A stretch of DNA of 52,856 bases, filler included, from Catajapyx aquilonaris (GCA_000934665.2; 2 parts of 2 records of this genome joined end to end with filler, not necessarily neighbours in it), one strand, 5' to 3'. Positions 35,183 through 48,191 are shown, numbered from the whole stretch's first letter. A program made the numbers and translations. The notes: a model not told the origin generated them from the sequence alone.

Positions 35183-38100
35183 ATGGAGGACCAGGCGTGC
35201 CCCCGATGCAAGACCACAAAGTACCGCAATCCCAATCTGGTCTTGATGGTCAACGTCTGCGGCCACCAACTGTGCTCCAGCTGCGTTGAGCTCCTCTTCA
35301 TCAGGGGTGGGTCAGGCCAAATGACATGAAGGGTGATCCGAACAAAGAAGGAACAGGGCTTTAGTTGATTTCCAATTAGTAGATGTGCAGGATAAAATAA
35401 ATGTCGGCCACCGATTTTTCTGGCTGATGCGATGATCATCACATCGATTAGAAATCAGATTAACCCTTAACTACGTAGGTGGAGCCTGAGAGGCTCCAAC
35501 CACTATTTAAACGCATGTAACTTTCTAATTAAATGTTTTTTGCCCCTGTCCTTCCGTGACTTTGTCACAAAAACCTTCTTAAGCATGAAAAGAAGAAAAA
35601 AAAATTTTTTTAATCGCCGTCCTTTGGCTGGAAAAAATTTGTAACGAGGAACAGGTCTCACATTGGAGCCGCTCAGGCTCCACCTACGTAGTAAAGGGTG
35701 CTGTCGTTTTCCCTATCTCTGTGGAGAGCGTCTGAATAGGGAAAACGACAGCACCCTTTACTACGTAGGTGGAGCCTGAGCGGCTCCAAGGTGGGACCTG
35801 TTCCTCGTTACAAATTTTTTTCTGTTGAAATATGCCTACTCAGCGTGTGATTTTCACGTTTTCGGAAGCCTAATTATCTAAACTGCACTTTCTGAATGTG
35901 AAAAGTTCAATATAACAATTGAGCTGATAAGCAGAGATTTAAATATACTGTTGGAGCCTCTCAGGCTCCACCTACCTAGTTAAAGGTGTTTTGGCCACCT
36001 ACATAGTTAAAAGTTAATGAGCTACATTTTTGTAAGCAGGCTGTACAGCTTTTGACTATACCTTGGGTATGTCTTACTAGTATGGTAAATGGCAGTCAGC
36101 GTATTTATTGGCCCCAAAGTCGAAAATGTATAGGGGATCAATGTTGAGGGAGCAACTGTTTGACCGTGTCAATGATGATGGAGATTTACATGCCACTGAC
36201 ACAAATGCGTTCATTCATCCAACATCTTTTCTGTGGGGATACCCTATCTTCAATTTAGTTTGCCCAGATTTTCAGTCTGCATGGGATGAACCAGCCCCCG
36301 GACACTTCCCCTACAATCTTATCTTATCGCCTGCCCGGGCGTTTTGCATGAGGTGCTCACCTGAGAGCGCCATGAGACCTTTCACGGAGCTATTATGTGG
36401 CGACCCTACCGGACTACGCTGAACTTTATAGGTACAAAAGGGAAGCGCTACATGTGGGCCCAACATGGCCGCCGGCGACCATGTTGGGTCCCCCAATGTA
36501 GCGCTTCCCTTTTGTACCTATAAAGTTCAGCGTAGTCCGGTAGGGTCGCCACATAATAGCTCCGTGAAAGGTCTCATAGCGTTCTCAGGTGAGCACCTCA
36601 TGCAAAACTTCCCCGGTAAGTGGGAATGTCTAGACCTAAGTATTCTAAGACCATGGGATGAACTGATGGGATCGGATGCTGTCGCCTCCTTGCCCAAGTC
36701 AATCAATATCAGGATCACATCCTGATACTTAGACTACCACTGCATGTACGGGAGTGTAGCAATGTGCTGAATTCTCCACAGAAAATCTGTTGGGTGGGTG
36801 GATGCAAGGGGGTAACCACTCCCCAAAAAAGGGTACACCAGTTCCTGGAACCAGGTGGTTTCAAGCCGGTTCCAGAGGGACCTTGTACACCGTTTCCACA
36901 AAGTGGTTACTCCCTCAGGTGGATGTGTTTCTCTCAGGGACACGCAAATCTCCACCATTAGCTACATCGTCAGTGCCCACTTCCTCGACGTTTCTCCCCC
37001 CTACATTTTTGACGAGTTTTTGATTAAGTAATGCATTGCAACTAGACAACATGCTTGTAAGAAACACCCTGTACATACAAAGTTAGCAATCGATTATTAT
37101 ATGAAGCTCCCTTGACTTTCCTACACCCACCTCATGCACAGTGTGACGAAGTAATGTTCTTCTAATTTGATATTTAATATTTGTAAGGTTCTGGATCATG
37201 CCCGGAATGCAACATTCCCCTGCGCCGCCAGAATTACCGGGTGCAGCTTCTAGAGGATGGGAAGGTTGAGCGGGAGGTGGACATCCGAAGGCAGGTCCTG
37301 AAGGCGTATAATAGGCAAGAGAGGGACTTTGACAACCTTGAAGACTACAATGACTACCTGGAAGAGATTGAGGAGACCATTCAGAGGATGTTGAAGAACC
37401 AGGACATGACCCAGGTGTTTATCAGTATTTGATCAGATTAATTTGTGGGCCAAGAGCCCCAGGGGTCCGTGGATCTGTCCACAATATTCCTCATCTTTTG
37501 GTGGTCACTAGACCATGTATAGAAAACATTTGGTTTACTTCTAGTTTCACAAGGAGATGGAACAGTACAAAAGGGAACACAAAGATGCCATTCAGAGGAA
37601 TAAAGCTCGGTATGTAACTACTTGGGTTACTAGTGAAACCAAAACTAATGTTAAATTGCATGAACAGACCCAGTGAGGCTGAATTGGAGCTCGAAGAGAT
37701 CCTAGAGCAGGAGCGCCTTATTGCGAAGAACAGGACAGAGGAGCGGGAGCGGGAGACGAAGGAGGAAGCGCTGAGGAAGATACGGTCCAAAGAGGCCCTC
37801 CTTGATGACCTCATGTTCTCAGAGGGTGATGCCAAGTCAATAGTCCAGCAGCACGCATCTGATGCACAGAAAGTCCAGCAGCAGTCCCAGCCCACAACCT
37901 CTAAATTGACCACAACTCGTTTCTCCTCTGGGATTGGCATACATTCTGAGAGGGGGTCCTTCCTGCCTGTGCCAAAGAAGGTGGAGGAATCAGGAGAAAT
38001 CTTTCGGTACTGTTATTTGTCCTGAAATTAGGATGTCCTGGAGAATTTCTCTTTCAAAACATTGCATTGTTAATGGATCTCCATGCATCAGTAATACACC

Positions 38101-38346
38101 AAAAATTTCTCAACTAGGTACGAGGCCCCACAGCTTGTATTTCAAGGTCCGACACCACCTGACAAACCAGAAGTGGAGACTGGGGGATACCTGGCACACA
38201 TCAAGGCAGCCACCACTCAGGACAAGGCTGGGGGGTACCACTCTTCCATTGCTTGCTTGCGGGCACTGCAAGAGGCAATGTCAGGGCTGTACTTTGTTTA
38301 CGATGAGACTGATGAGAACGAAATGGAAGTGGATTCTGGGAGCTGA
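35183..38346 (+). CDS. MNAT1: CDK-activating kinase assembly factor MAT1; exons 35183-35306, 37188-37414, 37545-37609, 37668-38006, 38118-38346
   Basis: [53 protein letters not shown] finger, [34 protein letters not shown]...AGGY....AC.RALQEA.SGL; consistent GT-AG phases. Confidence 0.96.
35464..36013. mobile_element. piggyBac-like foldback MITE in MAT1 intron 1
   Basis: TTAA|CCCTTAACTACGTAGGTGGAGCC left end; matching right TIR near 35950-35986 plus a partial duplicate ending in TTAA; TIR-like motif repeated in the internal palindrome 35632-35820. Confidence 0.65.
36341..36608. repeat. 268-bp near-perfect palindrome in MAT1 intron 1
   Basis: GTTTTGCATGAGGTGCTCACC...GGTGAGCACCTCATGCAAAAC; arms of about 130 bp with few mismatches; centre near 36474. 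Confidence 0.92.
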
Positions 38347-39246
38347 GTACAGCTTTCATGCATGGAGCGAAATGTCGGAGGTAATAAAACAGATATTCTT
38401 ACACACTTTGTTCTTTATTTCTTATCCTGAATTGTGGCATAATATTTGAAAATGTGAGTTATGGAGTGGTAAACACATGGTTCCAACACGTAATCAAACA
38501 GGGCGGGAAGGGCCAGGTACCGACTAGATTTGCCATTATGCGCCCGCCTCCTCCATTGCATGGCCAATCACACGCTGGATGTATTTCTGCTGCTCGATGG
38601 TTTTTGTTGCTATGCCAAAGTTTTCTGTAATAGTAAATATCTGATGGTATCAATGAGAGGTTTTTCCCCTCTGAGATGGGGGATGCTGCTGGATAGGATG
38701 GAGGAGGAGGTGTGGACAAGGAGGTGGGACAGGGGCGGGGAGGGGGAAGAGGGGGGCATAAGACGAGTCAAATAACACTTGCAGCTGTCGAGCTGGCTGA
38801 GCTAGGGCGTTGTCTACATGGCTGACTCTCAACGTAGCAGGCTGTTGAAGAGCTTCACTCGCTTCGTGATGGAGTCCACCGCAGCACGTGATGCCACTCG
38901 GCAGGTAGGGACTGATGTGTGCTTGTTGGAGGTCACTGTAGTGGGGTAGATGCTGAAAGGTGTGTGCCTCAAAGTATTTGTGCTTGAATTGTGTGGGAAT
39001 GGCTAATTTATTATTGTATTTTCCTCCTATGTGTGCCAATAGAACCTACCTCGCAGACACAACCTGATGCAGATTTTCGCCAGAGTCGGTGAGCAGAATG
39101 CTGCCAGCAGGTTACAGCGCATTATGACGATCTTCTTGTTGACACTTATCTTCATGGGCTTGTATATGCTCTTCCAAGGCATCAAGGTAGGTCATAAGAC
39201 GTGCAGGAGTCATCCCCGCCATTCCCTGCCCTTTCCTGGGATTGTA

Positions 39247-39406
39247 CAGTATTGGTCATATATCGAGGCAACCGCCAGCGACATTTTCCGAAGCGGCCGA
39301 AGAAGGAATCTTGCTCGCCCGGCTTGTAGGATGCTTAACTTCGATTCCTTCTTCTGCTGCTTCGGAAAATGTAGCTGGCAGTTGCCTCGATTTATGACCA
39401 ATACTG
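39247..39406. mobile_element. Tc1/mariner-type hairpin MITE
   Basis: TA|CAGTATTGGTCATA...TATGACCAATACTG|TA with inverted arms of about 60 bp. Confidence 0.85.
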
Positions 39407-40030
39407 TACTACCGGCACAGAAATGGTCCGGACACTTTTGGGGGTATGCTGACCATTGACAAGTGTCCGGACCTTTTCCATCCCAATAGTACTTGTGGCT
39501 GATTGGTACATTAAGACTAGCATGAGCCTAACTCGGATGCACTGATTAGCTTCTGTGCGAAATGGTGGCAACATGCCTGGATTGAGCAAAAATCTGACTG
39601 TAACAGAATATTTGATCAGTCCTGGCAGAGGATTTTCAAGTTATTTTTGTTGTAAATGATGGAAACCAGCTCAAACCAGAAAAAATTTCTTGGAGCCAGG
39701 TGCCGCAGTATTACGCAACATGCCATTGTTCTAGTACATCTGATCCTCCTTCCTGCTGAGTCAGCAGCATTCATGATGGCACCAGTGTGGCATGCCGGGA
39801 ATGTAGGGAACATTATGGAATTCTTATGAAGGGGTTGTGGAGAATCCAGGCTTCGTGCAGAAGCAATGCAGCTCTCACATTCCTGATCATGAATGTCCGA
39901 GATATAATGAAAGTCACCTTGGAACCTGAGATAACATGTTGCCACTTGGACAGCTGTTACCATGGTTGACATTTTGCAACACCGGAAGGAGTCCCATTAA
40001 TTTCTATTAATACTCTTTGACCTGTTTCAG

Positions 40031-41607
40031 ATCATGTTGTCACTTGATGAGTGCGAGGAAAAAATCAACCCCCGACTTTATGAATCTGACCCCAGATGCC
40101 GTCTGCTGGACAATTGCCCAGGTTTGTGTTGGTTCATGACTTGCAAATAAGAGAAGGTTTTTCGGATACCTTAATTTTCATTCAGATGCCATCTTAAACT
40201 TTTCCACCGAGCTCATCGACCCTGATACAGCAATGCTTGAGTTTGTTCTTGCACCACATGTTGACAAGAAGGGCACCTACTTGAACATTGAAATGAAGAC
40301 GGTTTTGGATGAGGTTTCATTCGTGGGAAGTATACTGGACAAGATTTGCAATGGAACCAACTGTCATTTTGCTGTTACTCAGGAGAACATCATGCAGCCT
40401 TGCTTGACAGTAAATTTTACTATAAACCTGATCTATGCAGATGGTTCCTCAAGCAACTCGATCAGCAACCAAGTGAGAATGATGGAAGCAGGTTAGTATG
40501 TTACAACAATGTTCACATTTGTGTGCTGCTCTGACAATTTTGTTTTTGTTTTCAGTTCCAGGTGCTCCTGTGAACTTGGAGATGGAGGTTTTGTCCACTC
40601 ACCTGGTGGTCTCGTGTGAATTACCTGAGAGTAACTGGTCATGCATCACTAGCTATAAAACATCATGCCAACCCAGCCACAGCCATGAGGTATTAAGACA
40701 CTACAGCCCAGTAGAATTTGGAGAGAAGAAAACCGAGTGGACCATCCATGAAGGAATAGAACCATGTTCCACTTACATCATCACAGTGGCAGGTGTGACC
40801 CGTAGTGGACATTACGGTGATTCTGCAAAGTCTGTGCAAATAACCACCGAAGAAGCTGGTTAGTTTATTCATCTTTTAAACGTAACAGACTGATCTTGCA
40901 ATAGTTGTGACGTACGTAATTATGATGCATTTTCTTTTTCGGTACATCATCTTTACGTAATTACCTAGCACCATGGTGTTATGTGTAATTTTTGTGCATT
41001 TTCTACTTAACTTAACTTAGTTCCTGGTCCTGTCCAAGATGTGAAGATAACTCTGGAAGAAGAACAGCCTTTCTCAGCCTATATCGAGTGGAATGTTCCA
41101 ACAACAGGCTACCAGTGCGTTTTGCACTACGCTATTGTGGTACTTAGTGATGATAAGGAGCTCTCACATGACCACACAGGCAATCTCAACTTCGTTGCAA
41201 CAAGCTTAAAAGGTGGTCAACTCTACCAGGTGAAGGTAGCTGCAGTTTCGCCGACACATGCAGTGAGCCCATACACTGTCAAGAATTTTACCACCTTTGA
41301 TCAACCAGGGCATTCTTCTTCACGCAACAGTAAGTATCTTACAATATACAGTATACGTTTTTAAAACCGAAGCATGGGTCGATGCAACATCAGAGTAATG
41401 TCACTCACTGAAAAATTATCAGTTAATGACATTACTCTGATGTTGTTATGTTGTACAGTGTAACACACCTTCACTGGATTTTTCTCTTTTGCAGGAGCTT
41501 CTGGGACTCCTCAGAATATGAACCCAAATTCTGTGACCCCAATTTTTTTGCTGATGTCTCTCTTGATGATGGCATCAATTTACCTGCCTGAATTATGCAA
41601 ATTGTAA
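40031..41607 (+). CDS. Fibronectin type III repeat protein, probably GPI- or membrane-anchored; exons about 40031-40121, 40186-40491, 40555-40858, 41021-41329, 41495-41607; 5' end unresolved
   Basis: Phase-1 exons of about 100 aa beginning VPGAPVNL and VPGPVQDV with FN3 W/Y pattern (EW..P...Y, L.PC..Y.I.V.G, L..G..Y.VKV.A); hydrophobic C-terminus IFLLMSLLMMASIYL. Confidence 0.72.
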
Positions 41608-41893
41608 AGCATACACATGTATTGGTGGTGTCCAAACCCTGGTTCACCACCAATGCAAGAAGTGCTGGGAAAGTCTCAGAAGTTTATTTTAAAAAGTGAG
41701 ACCTTGACCCACAATCATTTGTGTCCTGTGTGAATTTTTGATCAAAGAAACATGTACAACCCCAAACATGGAGGAATGTAATGAAATGTTTCTACAATAA
41801 ATCTGATGTTTAAAAAATATATATTTCTCAAGTCTAGTCAATAAAACCCTTCAATGAGTAAAAAGGAGGTATGAATTTTATTATCTATCTTTT

Positions 41894-44415
41894 TCATCCT
41901 CTATTAAAACACATTGAGGCCGAGCTGGTGGTGAAAGTTGTTGTGCTCGGTTTCATATGCGCATCTGCTATCTGATCTAACTCCTTCTCAAATACGCTCC
42001 AGTCATGGCTGTCTGAAGAAGTCACGCTCAAGTCACTCTCATCATTCCTCCTCACTCCTTCCAACTTGACGGTGGTTGGCTGTCCATCAACAATGGATCT
42101 TGCATATACCGAACCAGCTGTGTCCGCAACCCCCAGGTACTTGCAATACTGGAGCGCTTCTACTGAGGAGTCAACAACACTATCTTCACTCTGGTATGCT
42201 TTGGAGTCCACTCGAATAATCTGAACTGAATCGACGTAAAAGACGAACAGGTGTGGCTTCCGATACGCTGTGAGAAAAAGAATACCATCAGTGCCAATAA
42301 TCTGGTGTTGGATTCCCATTGTCCACCCACCTAACTGTTGAAGCTCTCCTCTCCATTTGACGTCCTTATCCCTACTTCTCCTTCCACTCAGAGAATTCAC
42401 GAAGATTCCAACCTTCCTGAAGGCAACCATCATCTCTCCTCCAATTTGCACCACAGCCAGAGGATGCCCCACTGATGAGGGTGTCAGTGAAGGATCAGAG
42501 GTATCCAGGGAATCATATGTGGGGAGTGTGTCTGAGGACACATCAATCTCTATCAACCGATTGCAGGCCAGTAAGACAAATGAGCTGTTTGTGAAGAGCA
42601 AGGAAGTGCAGGGCTCTTCTCCAGGTATGTTGAAGGTGGCACGTAGCACGTACATTTTTTCTTCTGTAGGAAATTCCCACCGGAAGAGGCTAGAGAGACA
42701 CAAGAACACTGATAAGCATTTTGGTATGCCAAAAATGTTTTGGACACACGATATTGTTTCATGATCCACTCAACTCATAGTGGGACAGATTTACCTTAGT
42801 TTCCTCCTAGTGGCCACACACAAATAGTAACTCCCAACGTCAAACTTGACACATCCCTGTGGCTGTCCTTTCAATAGCTTAGCTTCTACTGCAGGCTTTG
42901 CGACCTTGTGTGCTTTTGCTGCTATTATTAAAACCTCTTTCCATAGATACATCAGTGCATCACCAACTTGAAGGAGAACCACACCTGGCAGTTCAGCCAC
43001 TCTAATTGCTGTCACCTCCCCAGTGACTCCAGCAATGGGGACAACCGCACCACTGTCCAAATGTAAGGAGTGCAATCCATCAGTTGTCCCCAGGATGACA
43101 ATGTCCTGAGGTAATTGCACGGAGCAATTGACATACAATCCACTTGTTTGTAGAAATGGTGTTATGCTTATAAGACTAGTCGCTTCCAGTTCGGGGGATG
43201 ATGATGGTAAAGTGGTGGAGGACTGAAATAGACAAATATGTAATCATCCATTCATGTTACAGTGACAAGGACTCACCGTCTTGGCAGAGGTCACACTAGG
43301 TCGACTTGCAGTCCTGTGAGGTGATGCCCTATCCTGTTGCTGGACCATCTCATCCGACTTGTTCTTCTGGATCTCACTGTTGCGACTTATCCTCTCCTTT
43401 GATGTCTCTTCATTCAAAAAGGCCACCTGTGTTGATGATTCTGGTTTCAGGTACGCAATATCCTTTCTTGACCAGTGACACTCGACCTGATCGTTGTCTA
43501 CCCTATCCTGAAGTTGAAACGACACCTGAATCACAAAGATGATCATTAATTTTTGGGATCTTTTGAGAGAACAGGTGTGCATTCTGGTGTCTCTTGCCTG
43601 CTTTGCTCGGTTCTCCAATCCTCGACTATTGTTCCCTGATAATCGCTTGGCTTCTTTCACCAGCTGTTCATACTTCTTCCTCAAAGTGTAGCTGAAAATA
43701 TTGTCATGTAATGTCTCTTATTTGCATAAGATTCATAACCTGGCTCGAATTAACTCACTTTTCTTTCACAACTTTGGCCATACCCTCGTCGTACTGATTC
43801 ACCAGCATCTTGTAGCGCTCCAGGTTATTATTCATCATTGTGCAAACCTCCTTCAGCTCTTTGTTCTCCTGAAATCATTTTTATATCCGTAAGTAATTTC
43901 TATAGGGACTGTTTTGTATTGCCCACCTGTAGCAGTAAGGCCTCAAACTTTCCATTGTCTTCTCCTTTGTCCTCTTCAGATTCCTTTCGATTGTTGGCCA
44001 TGAAATCTGCTGCCTTGCCTGAACCCTTCTTTAGAACCGGCTCTCCTTTACCTCCAGTCTCTGTTATCAGGAGGTCACTGACAATGTCCACATAATAAGA
44101 CTCCTTATGCCTCTTGGTCTCTGGTCCCTGCGACAGAGTCTCAACACTTTCCTGCTCTTGCAGTTCCCCTTTCTGCAATAATGTTCCAACTCTATTGATT
44201 GTTGACTCAACAATGATAAAAAATTACGATCATTCTGCCCCAGATTAAACTCATAACAATGGTTTTAATGTCCACCAAAACTGGACAATGATATTGTCAA
44301 GAACTCATACTTGGTTGAGAACCTGGCTCATGTCCTCAGGGATATCCTCCAACACCGTGTTCTTCTCAACTGTCCCCACATCAACCTTCTGGGGCTGGCT
44401 GCAAGATATCTCCAT
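41894..44415 (-). CDS. Coiled-coil + CNH (citron homology) domain protein without a kinase domain
   Basis: Exons about 44415-44311, 44172-43927, 43868-43759, 43691-43277, 43222-42795, 42689-42331, 42267-41894 splice in frame. C-terminal half has CNH motifs ILGTTDGL, LCVA, LDTSDPSL, PLAVVQI..EMMVAF...GIFVN..GRRSR..DVKW, AYRKPHLFVF...SVQI. Confidence 0.78.
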
Positions 44416-44977
44416 TCAGGAGAACTTTACCAGACTACTCTTGATCTATCAATTTGAATTCGACGTTCATTACCCTAGTGTAGATCTCTTCTCTATTTGT
44501 GTCACCTGTGTCATAAAGAACACGGCTAATTTAAAAGTGTGTGTAGGTATTGCCAGTTTCCATGGCGACAGTCAACTGCAATCAACAACAATGTGTCGTC
44601 CCTGAATGTAATTTAAAAAATATGAAGTACATTAGTTTGCATGCCATTAGTGTGACATGTTGTGATTGTTGTTTACCACAATTTATGTTGTCGTTTAATC
44701 CTTACATGACTTCTCACGAGGAAGTGTCAACCTTTACACACCTACGTGATAATTACGATTAGATTAAGCATGTGTCAACGATATAAAAAATAATATCAAA
44801 GACTATCTCCTGCACAATTTTACCAGTTGTGAAATGTCTTGACCAATTCAGTGAAGAATAATCATGGTGCCTGTCAAATTGTGATGGATCACCTGCCATT
44901 ACTAAGATAGTGGACTTGTCCGATATTACTTAGGTAAGAGTGTGTCTGTTAGTGTTTCAGCAAGAACTGCGACGAAG

Positions 44978-46245
44978 ATGACTGCAATTAACCTACTGCT
45001 GATTTCCCTTCTAGCAGGTATGTTTGCTCTTAAACTAAAGTGTTCTGATACGTATACTAACAAAAAGTATGACTTTCAGGTCCTCTAACAGTCAGTTCTG
45101 TAAAGGACGACTGTTCTTCAGACTCATTGTACGACAGACTTTCTCAACAGTTGCAACAAGATCTGGCTCCTAACTGGCAGTTTCCTACACACAGTTATGA
45201 ACTTACCAGTATATGCCAGTAAGTGCGCAGGGGTCAGCTGGGGATAAGCATATCAAGTAACATTTTGTACCTTCAGAAAACAAGTGGTTTACGATACCCT
45301 CACAATCCTGGAGGAGTGTTACAATGACCAGGCTGCCATTGGATTCTTATCATCTATTTTGTACCCGGGAGAAAAATTAACAAAAGAATATGTATGCAGT
45401 AATCACATAAATGGTGAGTATAGAGAGTTTGAATATTAGGATGAGGCTAAACGAATTTTATTGTCATAGAATTTTTGGAAAATAGTCACTACTTGAATGA
45501 TATTTTGCCCTACTTACACCGATGCGTCGAGAGACTTCCAATGCAGTTCAACCACCTGATGGTGGATTTCTCCATCCCATTCACATGCTGGTAAGACCAG
45601 TTCATACGTAAGCAACACATGTCATTATATTCACTTATGTATTATAAGCCTATGGAAAGAGGTGACCAATTGTGCCATTGGAGTGGCGGCTACTACCTGG
45701 GGATGGAGGGCTGAAAAGCCATTAGCAAACTCATTGATATATCCTTTTGAGAACACAACTGCATATCGGGTAAGGCTGACTTCAAAGGTCAAAGAGAAAA
45801 TAAACAACTGGTTTTTCTACAGGTTTACTGCGAGCCGGTAGACTGCAGTGGAATGATATCACCCATACCAAGTCCGGAATCTTGGACCACTCCAAAACAC
45901 ACGACACCGCCGCCATACACCACAAAAGAACCCACCACACCGTACCCCACAGAAGGACCCACGACACCGTACCCCACAAAAGAACCCACCACACCGTACC
46001 CCACAGAAGGACCCACGACACCATACCCCACAAAAGAACCCACAACACAGTACCCCACAACAAAACCTACAACAAAAGAACCCACAACGCTGTACCCCAC
46101 AACAGAACCTACAACGCAGTACCCCACAACAGAACCGACTTCTGAACCAACTACTACTACCCATGATGACATCAAGAAGGAAATAGACATTTCTATCGAG
46201 ATAGACACGCGTATCCATTTCCATGAGGTTGAACGAGACAACTGA
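44978..46245 (+). CDS. Secreted protein: signal peptide, Cys-containing N-terminal domain, mucin-like PTTPYPT(K/E) repeats; 6 exons
   Basis: MTAINLLLISLLAG start; five GT-AG introns of about 55-65 bp splice in frame; 27/30-bp coding repeats at about 45900-46160. Confidence 0.8.
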
Positions 46246-46425
46246 GGTGTCAACAGCTAGTCAACAGACTACCAGAAATCAAAAGGCAATATAATTTTAT
46301 CAATATAAATTTATTTCCTTTAAAAGGCATGTTGTAAATCACTTCTTTTACACTACAAACAATAAAATTTTCCTGATATCAAAATGGTAAAGCGCCTGTC
46401 GATCAGTCTTCTTTTTTTACCTTTC

Positions 46426-48191
46426 TTAAAACTCCTCGCCTGGGTATGCTTCCTCATCCAGGTAGATGTCCCCAATCTCCAAGGAGAGAGCGGCCTCGAG
46501 CTCCTCCACTTCGAATGAGGGAAGTTGGTCTGCGTGGTCACCACCTCCCTCCCCAAGAAGGAAGTCCTCCTCATCCTCAACCACCTCTCCTCCTTCCTCC
46601 TCTTCGCTCTTCCTCACCCTCAACATCTTCGTCTTCCTCCTCCTCTTCCTCAACACCTTCTTCTTCGCCTTCTGCTCCTTTTTCCTCTACATCTTCCTCA
46701 GAGACAAGGTTGTCCTCATCCAGTCTATCAGTGTCCTCACCCTCAACATCTTCTTCCAGTATTCTTCGCCTTCTGCTCCTTCTTCCTCAACATCTTCCCC
46801 AGAGAGACGGTTGTCCTCATCCAGTCTATCAGTGTCCTCACCCTCAACATCTCCTTCTTCGCCTTCTGCTCCTGCTTCCTCAACTTCTTCCCCGGAGAGA
46901 AGGTTGTCCATCCGACTATCAGTGTCCTCATCCTGTGAGATGGGGGCATTTTCTGCCTCCAGGTGGTCATCGTCCTCTTGGCTTGGTATGGTATCAAGAC
47001 TTATTGTATCGCGTAAGTCGACTTCGTACCTTGCTGATGACTCCATATCCGTGTGCAGGTCATCGGACGCAGTGTCCTCCAGGTCTGCTGCTGGGATGAC
47101 ACCGACGTCTGCCTCCTCTGCCGATGGAGTCTCATCCACTGCTTCCTCCGCCTCTATGTTGTCCAATTCTGGGTTGGTGGTGGCTGCAGCTGAAGATGAC
47201 CCACCTGGGTCAGCCTCAAAGGTTTTCTGGGTCGTCGGGTTGTCTTCCGGAGTGGTCTTCACACCCCGTGTGCGAAGGATCATGGTCAACGGGGGAAGGT
47301 CTGTGAATCGCTTTGTCCTGCGCCTCTTGGGAGGTACATCACTCGGGGTCGGGTCACTCCTGGCCCTCAACTTGCTCCAGTCCCGTGGTGGTCGTACGTC
47401 CAACTTGGTGGGATTACTGGTGCCCTTCTTCGACATCTTGACATGCACCTTCCTGGGGGGAGCCCTCCCGACTGCCTTTGACTTCTTCCCTCCTCTCTGG
47501 TGGTCATCAGGCACCCTGTGACGTTTCCTCATTACCTCAGGTTCTACCTGAAACCTCACCTTCGCTGGGGAGACATCCAGCCAGTCAAACGCCCCTTCGC
47601 TGCACAGTTGCTGGTACAGTACCTGGCAGGCGAAATGCAGTTCAGCATTGTCTCTCACTGCACACAACACTCAAGTGACACATACCCCAGATTGACCTGT
47701 TGGAACCGCGAAGTACTTCGGATGCTTACTGGCAACGTTCTTGTACCTCTGGGCAGTCTCCGAAGGGATCTTGTCCCACCTGACCTGGGCCACAGCCAAC
47801 CACTCCTCCGAGTTGTTGTTCGTGGTCTGGGACACGATGCTCTGAATTCACATGGGACTGTACATTAGACAATTGGGACGCCAAATGGGACAGGTGAGAT
47901 TACCTCCCGGACATGGGCGTAGAAGAGCACGAATGCCTTCTGGTCGAGGGTGGTCATATCCTTTACCCCGATGACCCTGCTGGCCTCCCAGACTGCCCTC
48001 TGCGTCCTCCCCTCCTCCACCCTCCTCCTGGCCTCCCCCTCCCACCTCCTCCTCCCACCCTCCCCCAGCTTCATCCACCTTTCCCTCACCACCTCCTCCT
48101 TCTTCCTCAGCAGATCGGAAGAGAACACGCGTAAATGCTCCAACACCATCTGCTCCTTCTCATTAGACCGAAAGAGAGTGAACCCGTCCAT
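46426..48191 (-). pseudogene. Dual HMG-box protein, copy A; exons 48191-47904, 47841-47686, 47622 onward; acidic tail disrupted (stop at 46687-46689)
   Basis: Paralogous to copy B with the same intron positions. An out-of-frame repeat block (about 46610-46760) introduces TAG before the conserved C-terminus, which resumes in the original frame. Could instead be a truncated functional gene or an assembly error. Confidence 0.6.

Noticed and set aside
38650..39589. Possible minus-strand gene interrupted by the 39247-39406 MITE
   Set aside because: Removing the MITE does not give a long consistent frame or a recognisable domain.
45782..46253. Minus-strand Val/Gly/Cys-rich ORFs
   Set aside because: Antisense of the PT-repeat exon.
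46446..47521. Long plus-strand Ser/Pro/Leu-rich ORFs (also 48428-49488)
   Set aside because: Antisense shadows of the GA-rich acidic HMG genes.
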